Source of the DNA: Candidatus Omnitrophota bacterium
Lineage (GTDB): Bacteria > Omnitrophota > Omnitrophia > Omnitrophales > Aquincolibacteriaceae
DNA: 55,231 bases
NCBI GenBank assembly: GCA_043803685.1
Contig: JAZDJU010000117.1
Span: forward strand, 1 to 55,231
Direction of reading: 5' to 3'
The position numbers and the translations under genes were made by a program. Below, piece after piece: positions 46,568-55,231 of the stretch. The notes under the pieces were generated by a model that had not been told where the DNA came from, ran no database searches, and saw nothing but the letters and a program-made list of their open reading frames with translations. Positions within the stretch are counted from its first letter, which is position 1, and the number at the start of each line of letters is the position of its first letter.

Positions 46568-47041
46568 TTACTTAATAGCTTCGAGATAGCTCTTGAGCTT
46601 CGCCCAAGTGCCACGACCGCAAACGCCGTCCGCGGCAAGTCCATTGTCCTTTTGGAAAGACGCGATCGCGTCACGGGTTCCCGGACCAACCTTGCCATCA
46701 ATGGCGCCATTGTAATATCCGGCTTTTTTGAGGGCCTTCTGGATGTTCACGGAAGGGATCTCAAATCCGCCCGGCGTACGATACATTCCGCCAACCGAAG
46801 CGCTTTCACCCTCGGACGAAGAGACGCTCGCTCTCGAAACGCTAGATCCGCCTTCCTGAGACTGGATCGCAGCGCGCGTATCCTGCAGCGACTGATCCAA
46901 ACGCACGAGCTCATCGGTCATCGCGTTCATCTGAGCCTGGAGCGTATCCACTTTCTTCCCGGTTTTTCTCGAGGCGCAACCGCTCAAAGCGATCAAACCG
47001 ACCATCAACATCAGCATCGTCAAACGTGTGGCTTTTCCCAT
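46568..47041 (-). CDS. Lipoprotein with coiled coil and peptidoglycan-binding (PG_binding_1) domain
   Basis: Lipobox LSGC; IQKALKKAGYY.GAIDGKVGPGTRDAIASFQKDNGLAADG. Confidence 0.85.
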   Translation of the reverse strand: MGKATRLTMLMLMVGLIALSGCASRKTGKKVDTLQAQMNAMTDELVRLDQSLQDTRAAIQSQEGGSSVSRASVSSSEGESASVGGMYRTPGGFEIPSVNIQKALKKAGYYNGAIDGKVGPGTRDAIASFQKDNGLAADGVCGRGTWAKLKSYLEAIK

Positions 47042-47153
47042 TGTTTTTCTCCTGTAAGTCTTAAGGTTGGTTAGAAAAATTATTGCGTTCGCAGGCCCGA
47101 AGTCTATCAGATTGAATTTTTGAAATCAATATAAAAGACCCAAATCTGGAACT

Positions 47154-48029
47154 TTAGACCGGAATCTCCGGATTTTCGGCCACAACCTGGGGCTTTTCAA
47201 CCGGAACTTCATCCGCAGGGCGAACGGCAAAAAGCATGAACTCGGTGTGTCCGATCATGCGTTGGACAGGCCGCGTCTTGCCGGCGCGCGCAAGGATCTC
47301 GCGTTCGAGAAGCTCGCGAGCTTCGACAAGAATGAATCCTTGCTCGCGAAGCGCCTCGGCCATTTTTTCGATCTGATTGAAAGTCGGGTTCAGGCTCACC
47401 AACCTGCCGCCGGGCTTGAGCGCCTGCTTCACGACCGTCACTTCTTCCCAGGGCTGAGGAATATCCAGAGTCACGGCATCAAAATCCTTCTCTGAGAAAG
47501 AGTCCATCGCCTGCCGCTGACAAAATGTGACAAAGCTACTAAGACCCGCGCGTTGAATGTTCTTGTACGCGTTCTTGGGAAGATCTTCGCGCCGGTCATA
47601 CGAAAACACGTGCCCGTTCGGTGCCACGGCCTGCGCGAGGGCCATTGTGAGCGATCCCGATCCCGTGCCGATCTCCATGACCTTCGAACCGCTGCGGATC
47701 CCGGCTTTCATAATAAGAAGCGCCGCATCCTTGGGGTAGATGATTCCACTTTCACGCGAAGCCTTCATCATAAGGTCTTCCAACGTAGGCTTAAGAAGAT
47801 AGCAAAAACCATGTTCACAAATGATCTTTTTGCCGAACGGCTGTCCGATCCATTCATCAACGGAAAGCGGCTTGCCGCAATGGATGGACACATGCTTGCC
47901 TCGCGTCACATCGATCATGTAAGTGCGTTCGTCGTCGAACCACACGAGGACGAGGTCCCCTTCAGCGATCGCGCCGGGGATAGGTTGAGAGATCGTTTCA
48001 TTCATGGCGAGTACATTATCTTCTTTCAT
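47154..48029 (-). CDS. trmI: tRNA (adenine-N1)-methyltransferase, TrmI/GCD14 family
   Basis: IIYPKDAA, EIGTGSGSLT, LDIPQPW, RPVQRMIGHT. Confidence 0.88.
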   Translation of the reverse strand: MKEDNVLAMNETISQPIPGAIAEGDLVLVWFDDERTYMIDVTRGKHVSIHCGKPLSVDEWIGQPFGKKIICEHGFCYLLKPTLEDLMMKASRESGIIYPKDAALLIMKAGIRSGSKVMEIGTGSGSLTMALAQAVAPNGHVFSYDRREDLPKNAYKNIQRAGLSSFVTFCQRQAMDSFSEKDFDAVTLDIPQPWEEVTVVKQALKPGGRLVSLNPTFNQIEKMAEALREQGFILVEARELLEREILARAGKTRPVQRMIGHTEFMLFAVRPADEVPVEKPQVVAENPEIPV

Positions 48030-48035
48030 ACGTGT

Positions 48036-48686
48036 TTACCATTCCTTTTCTTGGGCCAAATTTAAAAGCTGTGCAAAATCGTGAACGATATGATCCGGCT
48101 TGGCTTCACGCAAGGCCGCCTCACTGGCGAATCCGTGCGAAAGCGTGACAACCTCGATCCCCGCGTTCCTCGCCGCCTGAATATCGATCGGACTATCCCC
48201 GACAAAGAGGACCTCTTCCTCTCGGGCATGCGTCGCTTCGATCAAATGATGGATCGCCGCCGGGTCCGGTTTGAAGGGAAGTCCGTTATCCCCGGCCAGG
48301 ATCGCGAGAAAGAAATGCGCCACACCGAGCGCCTCAAGGATCTGTGTGGAAAAGGGATTCGGCTTGTTCGTGATGACGGCCTGCTCGCGAGCCTTGAAAT
48401 GTTCGAGAAATTCACGCGCTCCGGGATAAAGCTTCGTGTGATCGAGCATATGTTTTTTGTAATGCTCCCGGTAAAGTTTCGATCCGCGCTCGGCTAGCGC
48501 TTCGTCTTCCGTGCGGAATACCTGTTTAATGAGCGCGTGAAGGCCCGTGCCGACACAATCCTTGATCTCCTCATCGGTCAGTTGCGGCCCCTTCAACGTT
48601 TCGAGGGCATAGCGCACGCCATTGATAATATCCTGACGCGTATCGACGAGCGTTCCGTCAAGGTCGTAAAGAATAAGTTTTTTCAT
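48036..48686 (-). CDS. HAD-family hydrolase (phosphoglycolate phosphatase-like)
   Basis: YDLDGTLVDT, ITNKP, KPDP, FVGDSPID. Confidence 0.85.
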   Translation of the reverse strand: MKKLILYDLDGTLVDTRQDIINGVRYALETLKGPQLTDEEIKDCVGTGLHALIKQVFRTEDEALAERGSKLYREHYKKHMLDHTKLYPGAREFLEHFKAREQAVITNKPNPFSTQILEALGVAHFFLAILAGDNGLPFKPDPAAIHHLIEATHAREEEVLFVGDSPIDIQAARNAGIEVVTLSHGFASEAALREAKPDHIVHDFAQLLNLAQEKEW

Positions 48687-51600
48687 GATCCTTCCTTAAA
48701 GTCACATTCCATCAGCATGCGTTCGTTGGAATAATCCAGGATCCTCTGTTGCAAGTCGCGGATCTTTTTCTCAAGATCATCAAAAAGCGCCGGAGTTTTT
48801 TCCGCGGAGAACGGGATCGTCACGGCCTTTTGATTCTTGAGGTAATAGATGATGGCAGAGCGCACCGGCAGTTTCAATATCCTTTCGGCGGCAAGCGCGT
48901 AAATTTCAAGCTGAAGATCATAGGCGCTCTTCTCGGCCGACGCTTCGTCCCCTGCCGCGGTCTTGTAATCGAGGATATGCCAATGGCCCTTTGCGTCCTC
49001 CAAGAGGATATCGATCTTGCCATGGATGAGACCATGGCGCTCGTTCAGCACAAAATCGATCTCCCGTTTGATCTGCTTGGCCTTTCGAAGTTCCTGGAAG
49101 ATGGGTTGTTTCATAAAATCCCGGAGGATCTTCCCCGCGTCCTTGACGGCATCGCCGCCAAAACGTCCGAAGACCCGCTCAAGCCTCTCAGGCTCTAGCG
49201 CGCTTTCAGGATCTTTCAGATCCCAATGCTCGAAGAATCCGTGCATGGCTGTACCGAAATCAGCAGCCGAAAAATCATCTTCTTTAAAGATCGCCTCTTC
49301 TCCAGACCATTCACTTTCACCGACTGTCCCAATACTTTTCAATTTCTGCGTAGCGGAAATTGGGGCTGTCCTTGTCAACCCTTCAGAAAAATCCTGAACA
49401 AGGACTGACCATCCTACTTGGTAAGTCCTCCAGAATGCTCCGGGATCTTTCTGAAAAAGGACATACGCCGACACGGGGAGGTCGATGCTGCGCGGAAGCG
49501 CAACGCCAGGCGCTAGAACTTGAGGACCCGCCGAAGCATCTCCTTTTCGTTCCATATCTTTAATGAAAGCTTCGACCCTCGAGCCAAGGTCATCCTGAGT
49601 CCGGCCCCGAGGTTTTTCGACGCCTCCGGGATCTTGCGTAACCTGGGCTAGCGGCATATCACCGCAGATCGCCATGACCCAATCCATCCAGGAGGCCATC
49701 TCACGAAAGCTCTCTTTCTCTTGTTTCTTCTTTTTGTGAACCCCGCTCAGGAAAAGCCGCGACTCCGCGCGCGTCATCGCCACATAGAGAAGCCGCTTCC
49801 ATTCCTCGTTCTCGCGCCGGGCAATCACGTCATCCACCCATTTGAAAAAATAAGGTCTTCGCGTTTCGGGATCTTCTTCCCCGGGTATCTGCATCGCGTA
49901 ACCCTTGGCCGCATGAGCGATCACAGCCTTGGAATCCGACCGTGACCCCAGACGCCCCATGTCCGCGATGAACACCACGGGGAACTCCAGGCCTTTGGCC
50001 GCGTGCACGCTCATCATGCGCACCGCTTCCGCGCCCGTTTCAAGCGCGATCTGGGCCTCGGACTCGCGAACTTCCTGGGCCTTCAGCCGTTTTAGAATAT
50101 TCAAAAAAGAGGAGAGCGGCATCCGTTCAAAGGTTTCATATTCCCGGGTCATGGCCACAAGCTTTTTGAGATTGGCGTACCGGCGCACGCCTTTCGGATC
50201 CATGAGAACAGAAAGTTCATAGCCCGTCCCCTCCAGAATTTTATCGATCAATTCTGAGAGCGGGATCCTGTCTTTGATCTCGTCCAGTACGCTCGTCAGC
50301 TCTCGAAAAGCCTCAAGCCGCGCCTTTTGTTCCGGAGAGATCTCTTGAATACGTTCCAGCATTTTCATCGCGTGAAAAAGCGGGGCTTCTTCATGCTTCG
50401 CCTTGGCATGACGAGAAAGCCAGAACAATGTGTCATCGGTGACATGAAAGAACGGAGAGCGAAGCGTCGCCGCAAGAGGAATGTCCGCGAGCGGCCGATC
50501 GAGATGGGAAAGAAAACTCACTATGTCCTGGATCTCGGGTTGTTCGTAGAAGCCGCGGCCCGCGACAATAAAGTACGGCACGCCGGCGGATTTGAAGGCG
50601 TCTTCATAGATGCCGCTCAGGGTCATGGCTTGAAAAAGCACCGCCATATCGCCATAGGGAACTTTTTCTTTTTCATAGAGTTCACGGATCCGCGCCGCGA
50701 TCGCGCCTGCCTCGCGCAACCGGGCGCAGCGCATATCTTCATTTTCCCTAAGCTCGGTCACGAGGATCTCAACCGCCGGTCCTTCCAGAACGGCCTTCTT
50801 TTCCGAAACGCCCCCGTCCTTGTCCTTCATTTGTTTCTTTAAAAGATGACAGGTGTCGGGACCGGCCAACAATGGGTCAAAAGAAAAACCGTCCTCATCC
50901 CAAAGCGTTTTAAAGAATGAGTTCACAAAATCGAGCACCGGAGGATCGCTCCGGAAACTCTCGGACAGAAAGATCCTCATGCCTTCCGCACCCGCCTTAT
51001 AAATATTTTCCCTGTCGCGGAAGATCCCTGGCTCGGCGCCACGGAACCCGTAGATCGACTGTTTGTAGTCGCCCACCATAAAAAGGTTGTTCCCGGGCGA
51101 AAGAAGTTCGACAAATTCCATCTGGAGAGCGTTCGTATCCTGGAGTTCATCGACCAGAATGAACTTGAATCCGCGCTGATAACGTTCCCGGAGTCTCTCG
51201 AGCGCCGGCTTCTCCGTCCGGAAAAGTTCTACGGCTTTCATTTGCAGATCATCAAAATCCAGAAAACCTTTTTCTTTTTTCTTGGTTCCGTAGGCCGACT
51301 CGAAGGCAAGCGCCAGCTTTTCGAATCTTTCCTTCCAGGGCGTGGTCAGAGGTCCCAAGCGAAGCGCCGCGAGATCCGCTAAAAGCGCGCGCCATTCCTT
51401 CCAACCCGCCTTGCGCTTTCCTTTATAGAGAGCGCTCCATTCTCCAAAATCCCGCAAGGTCTCGCGGTCCCATGTCTTATGGCCTAAAAACCGCTCCCAG
51501 GATGGCCTGTCGATCTCTTCGAGCTTGAAGCAAAGTTCCCGCGCCTCACTCGACAGCTCCTTCTCCCTCTTCTCTGAGATCTCCTTTTCCAGCTTCTCAC

Positions 51601-52135
51601 TTTCCAGGAAAAAGTCTCGAAGCCTTTTCCCCTCATGCCGTGCCGCCGAAAAAACCTTGAGGATGCCGTCGCGCGCCACAGCCTCTCCGTAGGCCGGAAG
51701 AAATTCGAAGGCGCCGTCTTTTTCTGCGTAAAGCTTCGCGATCATCTCGCGCATCGCTTCTTCCTTCAGAAGTTCGGATTGCTCCGTTTCGATCACGCGA
51801 AAATCCGGATCGACGCCCGCTTCGACAGGATGTTCTTTTAAGAGACGCGCAGCAAAACCGTGGAAGGTCGAGATCGCGGCTTTTTCAAGATCGCGTCGCG
51901 GCTGTTCCAACCCCAGATCGCGAAAGCTCCTGGAAAGACGCTTTTTGATCTCATGGGCAGCCTTTTCCGTAAAGGTCAAAACGAGAAGTTCAGTCAGCGT
52001 GGCTTTTTGGGTACAGAGCAGATGAAGGATCCGCTCGACCAACACGCGCGTTTTTCCTGTACCGGCTCCCGCCGACACGAGAATGTTTTTTCCGATCGAT
52101 TGAACTGCCGTTTTTTGATTTTTCGTGAGCGTCAT
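48683..52135 (-). CDS. addA: AddA/RecB-like UvrD helicase with C-terminal PD-(D/E)xK nuclease
   Basis: SAGAGTGKT, TFTEKAA, VDELQDTN, VGDYKQSIYGFRGA, HAAKGLEFP, LYVAMTRA, GKIDIL...ILDYKT. Confidence 0.85.
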   Translation of the reverse strand: MTLTKNQKTAVQSIGKNILVSAGAGTGKTRVLVERILHLLCTQKATLTELLVLTFTEKAAHEIKKRLSRSFRDLGLEQPRRDLEKAAISTFHGFAARLLKEHPVEAGVDPDFRVIETEQSELLKEEAMREMIAKLYAEKDGAFEFLPAYGEAVARDGILKVFSAARHEGKRLRDFFLESEKLEKEISEKREKELSSEARELCFKLEEIDRPSWERFLGHKTWDRETLRDFGEWSALYKGKRKAGWKEWRALLADLAALRLGPLTTPWKERFEKLALAFESAYGTKKKEKGFLDFDDLQMKAVELFRTEKPALERLRERYQRGFKFILVDELQDTNALQMEFVELLSPGNNLFMVGDYKQSIYGFRGAEPGIFRDRENIYKAGAEGMRIFLSESFRSDPPVLDFVNSFFKTLWDEDGFSFDPLLAGPDTCHLLKKQMKDKDGGVSEKKAVLEGPAVEILVTELRENEDMRCARLREAGAIAARIRELYEKEKVPYGDMAVLFQAMTLSGIYEDAFKSAGVPYFIVAGRGFYEQPEIQDIVSFLSHLDRPLADIPLAATLRSPFFHVTDDTLFWLSRHAKAKHEEAPLFHAMKMLERIQEISPEQKARLEAFRELTSVLDEIKDRIPLSELIDKILEGTGYELSVLMDPKGVRRYANLKKLVAMTREYETFERMPLSSFLNILKRLKAQEVRESEAQIALETGAEAVRMMSVHAAKGLEFPVVFIADMGRLGSRSDSKAVIAHAAKGYAMQIPGEEDPETRRPYFFKWVDDVIARRENEEWKRLLYVAMTRAESRLFLSGVHKKKKQEKESFREMASWMDWVMAICGDMPLAQVTQDPGGVEKPRGRTQDDLGSRVEAFIKDMERKGDASAGPQVLAPGVALPRSIDLPVSAYVLFQKDPGAFWRTYQVGWSVLVQDFSEGLTRTAPISATQKLKSIGTVGESEWSGEEAIFKEDDFSAADFGTAMHGFFEHWDLKDPESALEPERLERVFGRFGGDAVKDAGKILRDFMKQPIFQELRKAKQIKREIDFVLNERHGLIHGKIDILLEDAKGHWHILDYKTAAGDEASAEKSAYDLQLEIYALAAERILKLPVRSAIIYYLKNQKAVTIPFSAEKTPALFDDLEKKIRDLQQRILDYSNERMLMECDFKEGS

Positions 52136-52249
52136 ATTTGATCGTTATTGTTTCATCCTGATCGCCGGAATAGCTCATTCACTCCGTGGGAACCAACAGC
52201 AACCGGGTCTGTTTATGACAAAAGTGAATTCATAGGTTATACTTCGGGC

Positions 52250-52693
52250 ATGGAAAATGAAAAACGGCAATTCTTCAGACACCCGATCAAGGTTCCGATC
52301 CAACTCTCAAGGGTTGAAAATAGCGCCGCAGTAAATGCCCGCGCGGAAGATCTTTCGCAAGGCGGACTTGCCTTCTTTTGGCCCGAGCCCTTTGCTGAGG
52401 GGACGCATTTGCAATTATCCATCCCTGTCGAGAAGCAGCTTTTTAAGATCATGGCCCACGTCACACATTCTGAAAAGGACGAGCCTACGGGTCTTTTCAA
52501 AACAGGTGTCCGCTTCGAAGATTCCGTGAGTTTTTTCAGGGCCAAACTCGCCGAGGAGATCATCCAGATCCGTCAGTACCGCGAAAAAATATCCCTTCTC
52601 AAGGGACAACCCTTCTCGGAGGAAGAGGCCGCAAAGATATGGATCGATCGGAATGCCGAGGATTTCGCGAAACTCATGGGTTCAGCTGCCTGA
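52250..52693 (+). CDS. PilZ domain protein
   Basis: RQFFR (RxxxR) and DLSQGG (DxSxxG); start 52250 follows ATGACA-17-TATACT. Confidence 0.85.
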   Translation: MENEKRQFFRHPIKVPIQLSRVENSAAVNARAEDLSQGGLAFFWPEPFAEGTHLQLSIPVEKQLFKIMAHVTHSEKDEPTGLFKTGVRFEDSVSFFRAKLAEEIIQIRQYREKISLLKGQPFSEEEAAKIWIDRNAEDFAKLMGSAA

Positions 52694-53449
52694 ACCCTCC
52701 AGCCATTCTTTTGCCCGGGGAAGGGAAAAGACTAGCTCTTTAGCGGGCCTGGCGAAAAGGAACCCCTGGCCGTAACGGATCCCCATCTTACGGACGAATG
52801 CAAAATCCGACTTGTGCTCCACCCCTTCGGCGACCATTTCGGAACCGTTCACGCGCCCCAAGTGCACCATCTCACTGACGATCTGCTGATTGAGCTGGTT
52901 CGACGCGATCCCCTGCACCAGTTGAAGATCGATCTTTAAAAAATCCGGCCTGAGTGATGCCAACTGAGCCGTTTTGACGCCGATGTCATCAATGTCATCC
53001 AAGGCAAACCGGTAGCCGAAAGCCCGGATGAAATCCACGCCGCGCCGGATGAACGCGAAGTCCGATTTTTTGACGCCCTCGGTCAACTCGAAAACGATCT
53101 TGTTCGAATAGGCTTTAAGCCCTTTCAAAAAAAGGTCGCCTTCTTTCCCTTTCGAAAAAGCCTGCTCCAACGTGAGCGGTTCGATGTTGAGAAAAAGATA
53201 CTGACCGTCCTGAAGCTGAGGAAGGACTTTGATGGCAGATTCCAGACAATGGAAATCGAACGGGATCACGGTCCCCTTTTCATAGGAATCCCGGAACATG
53301 TCCGCAGGCAGTTCTTCTCCGCTCCGGGCCAGGGCTTCGTAACCGATCACGTCCCCGGTCGCAATATCCACGATCGGCTGATAAACGGAATAGACGGAAA
53401 ATCCGTGTTCGTCCCGTTGTTTCTTGAAGAAATTGAAATTGAAGGGCAT
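52682..53449 (-). CDS. Stand-alone EAL domain protein
   Basis: YQPIVD, YEALAR, FELTE, ALDD, LKID, AEGVE, QGFLFARP. Confidence 0.88.
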   Translation of the reverse strand: MPFNFNFFKKQRDEHGFSVYSVYQPIVDIATGDVIGYEALARSGEELPADMFRDSYEKGTVIPFDFHCLESAIKVLPQLQDGQYLFLNIEPLTLEQAFSKGKEGDLFLKGLKAYSNKIVFELTEGVKKSDFAFIRRGVDFIRAFGYRFALDDIDDIGVKTAQLASLRPDFLKIDLQLVQGIASNQLNQQIVSEMVHLGRVNGSEMVAEGVEHKSDFAFVRKMGIRYGQGFLFARPAKELVFSLPRAKEWLEGSGS

Positions 53450-53585
53450 GGGACTCCTCGGTCTTTTAAAAAGTTTTGGGAATTATACACGACACTTCCC
53501 CAAATTACCAGAAACGCCGACGCGCATTCGACGGCGTTGCTTCAGGAAGAAACAACGATCCGCCCGTATCCTCTGGCTCCATAGG

Positions 53586-54590
53586 TCATGGACGCGTTAG
53601 GTTCCGTAGCGCGTCGAGAACGGGTTCGTGCAAAAAACCATTCGTGGCCACTAGCCCGGGATTTCTGGCAAGCGTCAATCCCGCGCCAAAATCAAGTTCC
53701 CGTCCTTCGAGATCCGTCACGCGTCCCCCCGCTTCCTCGATCACAAGAGCTCCCGCCGCCACATCCCAGATCTTCTCCCGGTGATCCGTGTCCTTGGGAG
53801 ACAAGGTCCTGAGAAAGATCTCCGCGTCTCCGGAAGCGATCACCGCGTGCTTCGCCATACTGTCCATCAGGATCGGCTCTGTTAAAGTTCCCAGCACCTC
53901 ACGAATACGCCTGTTTTTTTCGGCGTTCTTATGTTCCGGATCAAAAGAGTCCAGGATCCTGGACTGGCGAACCTCCCGGCATTGAGAAACTTCTAGCCGA
54001 GTCCATTTTCTCGATTCCTGCAAGCCGTTAAGCGAGGCCGCCCAGCATCCTTGCCCACGAGCCGATAAGATCCCGACCCCTTTTCCCAAGGCCTTGTGAT
54101 CCTCAAGCTCCAGTTCCGGACAGCCCATCGCAGCCAGCTCCACTTTTCCGTCCCGGATGAATGCAAGCGCGATCGCATACTGACCGCCTCGCAAAAATCC
54201 TTTGGTGCCGTCAATGGGATCGAGCGTCCAAAAAGACGCCGCGGGTTTGCCCTGGCCCCGTCCGATCCATTCACGGACCTTGTCAGCCTTTTCACCTGGG
54301 AAAAATGAACGGACATAGCCGGTGATCTTTTCAAGGTCCTTCTCACCTTCAGAGGTCGCGAACAGATCCGTGTCTTCCTCGGCGACCAGGACCGCTCCGG
54401 GAAGATACTGTTCCAGAAAAGCGCCCGCAAGAGCCTGAATACCCATATCGGCAAAGGTGACGGGAGAGCGATCGGGTTTGATCATGGAACGAACGGAAGT
54501 TTCCGCTCGAACGCAGCGCGCGAGCTCCGAACCTTTCTGGATCAGTTCGACCGCGAACCGGATCTCGGGCCTTTTTAGATCAATTTTCAA
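53586..54590 (-). CDS. 3'(2'),5'-bisphosphate nucleotidase (HAL2-like, inositol monophosphatase superfamily)
   Basis: KPDRSPVTFAD, AEED, WTLDPIDGTKGFLRGGQYA, EKIWDVAAG; probable TTG start 54590. Confidence 0.82.
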   Translation of the reverse strand: MKIDLKRPEIRFAVELIQKGSELARCVRAETSVRSMIKPDRSPVTFADMGIQALAGAFLEQYLPGAVLVAEEDTDLFATSEGEKDLEKITGYVRSFFPGEKADKVREWIGRGQGKPAASFWTLDPIDGTKGFLRGGQYAIALAFIRDGKVELAAMGCPELELEDHKALGKGVGILSARGQGCWAASLNGLQESRKWTRLEVSQCREVRQSRILDSFDPEHKNAEKNRRIREVLGTLTEPILMDSMAKHAVIASGDAEIFLRTLSPKDTDHREKIWDVAAGALVIEEAGGRVTDLEGRELDFGAGLTLARNPGLVATNGFLHEPVLDALRNLTRP

Positions 54591-54963
54591 CTTTAAAAAA
54601 TCCGTTGACCCGTTTGAGGAAGGATTCACTGCTGATAGGCTTGGGGATAAAAGGACGCCCCCCAATGAGGGATCCGCGGCCTACGTCTTGGGGAGAAGCA
54701 AGAGCTGTCATAAAAACGATCTGGATGAACGCGAGTGATTTGTCTTTCTGGACCCTCTCCGCGATCTCGGTCCCATCCACATCCGGCATCATGACATCGA
54801 GAAGCACAAGCTCCGGCTGTGTCGTCTGGATGACCTTGAAGGCGTCACTCCCGCGATTGCAGACATTCACGGAATAAAGCCCTGTCTGTTCAAGGATCAT
54901 CTTCTCCATCTGACTACTGGCCACATCATCGTCTACGATCAGCACGGATCTCTTTTTTTGCAT
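54580..54963 (-). CDS. Single-domain response regulator (receiver)
   Basis: LIVDDD, LLDVMMP, FMTA, FIPKP. Confidence 0.9.
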   Translation of the reverse strand: MQKKRSVLIVDDDVASSQMEKMILEQTGLYSVNVCNRGSDAFKVIQTTQPELVLLDVMMPDVDGTEIAERVQKDKSLAFIQIVFMTALASPQDVGRGSLIGGRPFIPKPISSESFLKRVNGFFKVEN

Positions 54964-55191
54964 TGGCTTCCCCCTTTATGAAAAGTCCGAATCTCCGGCG
55001 CATTTTAGCATATCCGTTACGCCCTCCCAACCAGAACCTTCTCTTAGGATGCATGACCGACCGTAGCTGCGGGGAGAACTTCCCCCTTTAGAAAGATAGT
55101 TATGGATGACCGCCTCCCTTAACCGAGGGCTTTACCTCATAGTGTTCTGATGTAAAATCAGAAACACTAAAACATCAGGGAGGGGTCACCC

Positions 55192-55231
55192 ATGGAGAAG
55201 ATACAATATCTGGCTCTTGATGTCGATGGTC
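55192..55231 (+). CDS. Start of a probable HAD-family protein (KdsC/Cof-like), truncated by the window edge
   Basis: MEKIQYLALDVDG (DxD motif) after a GGAGGGG RBS. Confidence 0.55.
   Translation, partial: MEKIQYLALDVDG

Noticed and set aside
54964..55191. c-di-GMP riboswitch in the last intergenic region
   Set aside because: Some hairpins, but no GG(C/T)AAA...GAAA...GCAAAGC arrangement.

Overview
Bacterial chromosomal segment, moderately GC-rich, with almost all genes on the minus strand. Gene content suggests a PVC-like or candidate-phylum organism such as Omnitrophota; this is an inference only. The backbone is housekeeping: ilvBN, ftsB-eno, purN-rsmI-polyprenyl synthase-rsmA-pdxA-surA, a shortened mfd, an argCJBDFGH-lysA cluster, rnc, an AsmA-like gene, rplM-rpsI, truA-asd-leuB-glgA, rpmB, tRNA-Arg(CCG)-queA-tgt-yajC-secDF-recJ, SpoIID, trmI, addA and a PilZ/EAL/receiver group. 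One accessory island (~12.85-17.6 kb) carries an RHH-type antitoxin with a truncated PIN gene, an AT-rich three-gene operon ending in a HEPN-like gene, an XRE gene, a DUF1016-N/thermonuclease fusion with a remnant paralogue, and three copies of a covarying 56-nt two-hairpin element. The most striking unexplained signal is 14 intergenic elements of about 55-90 bp. Each has 3-7 degenerate 7-bp units, a short spacer, then the reverse-complement units. They use at least eight different unit sequences and often abut or include the stop codon of the upstream gene.
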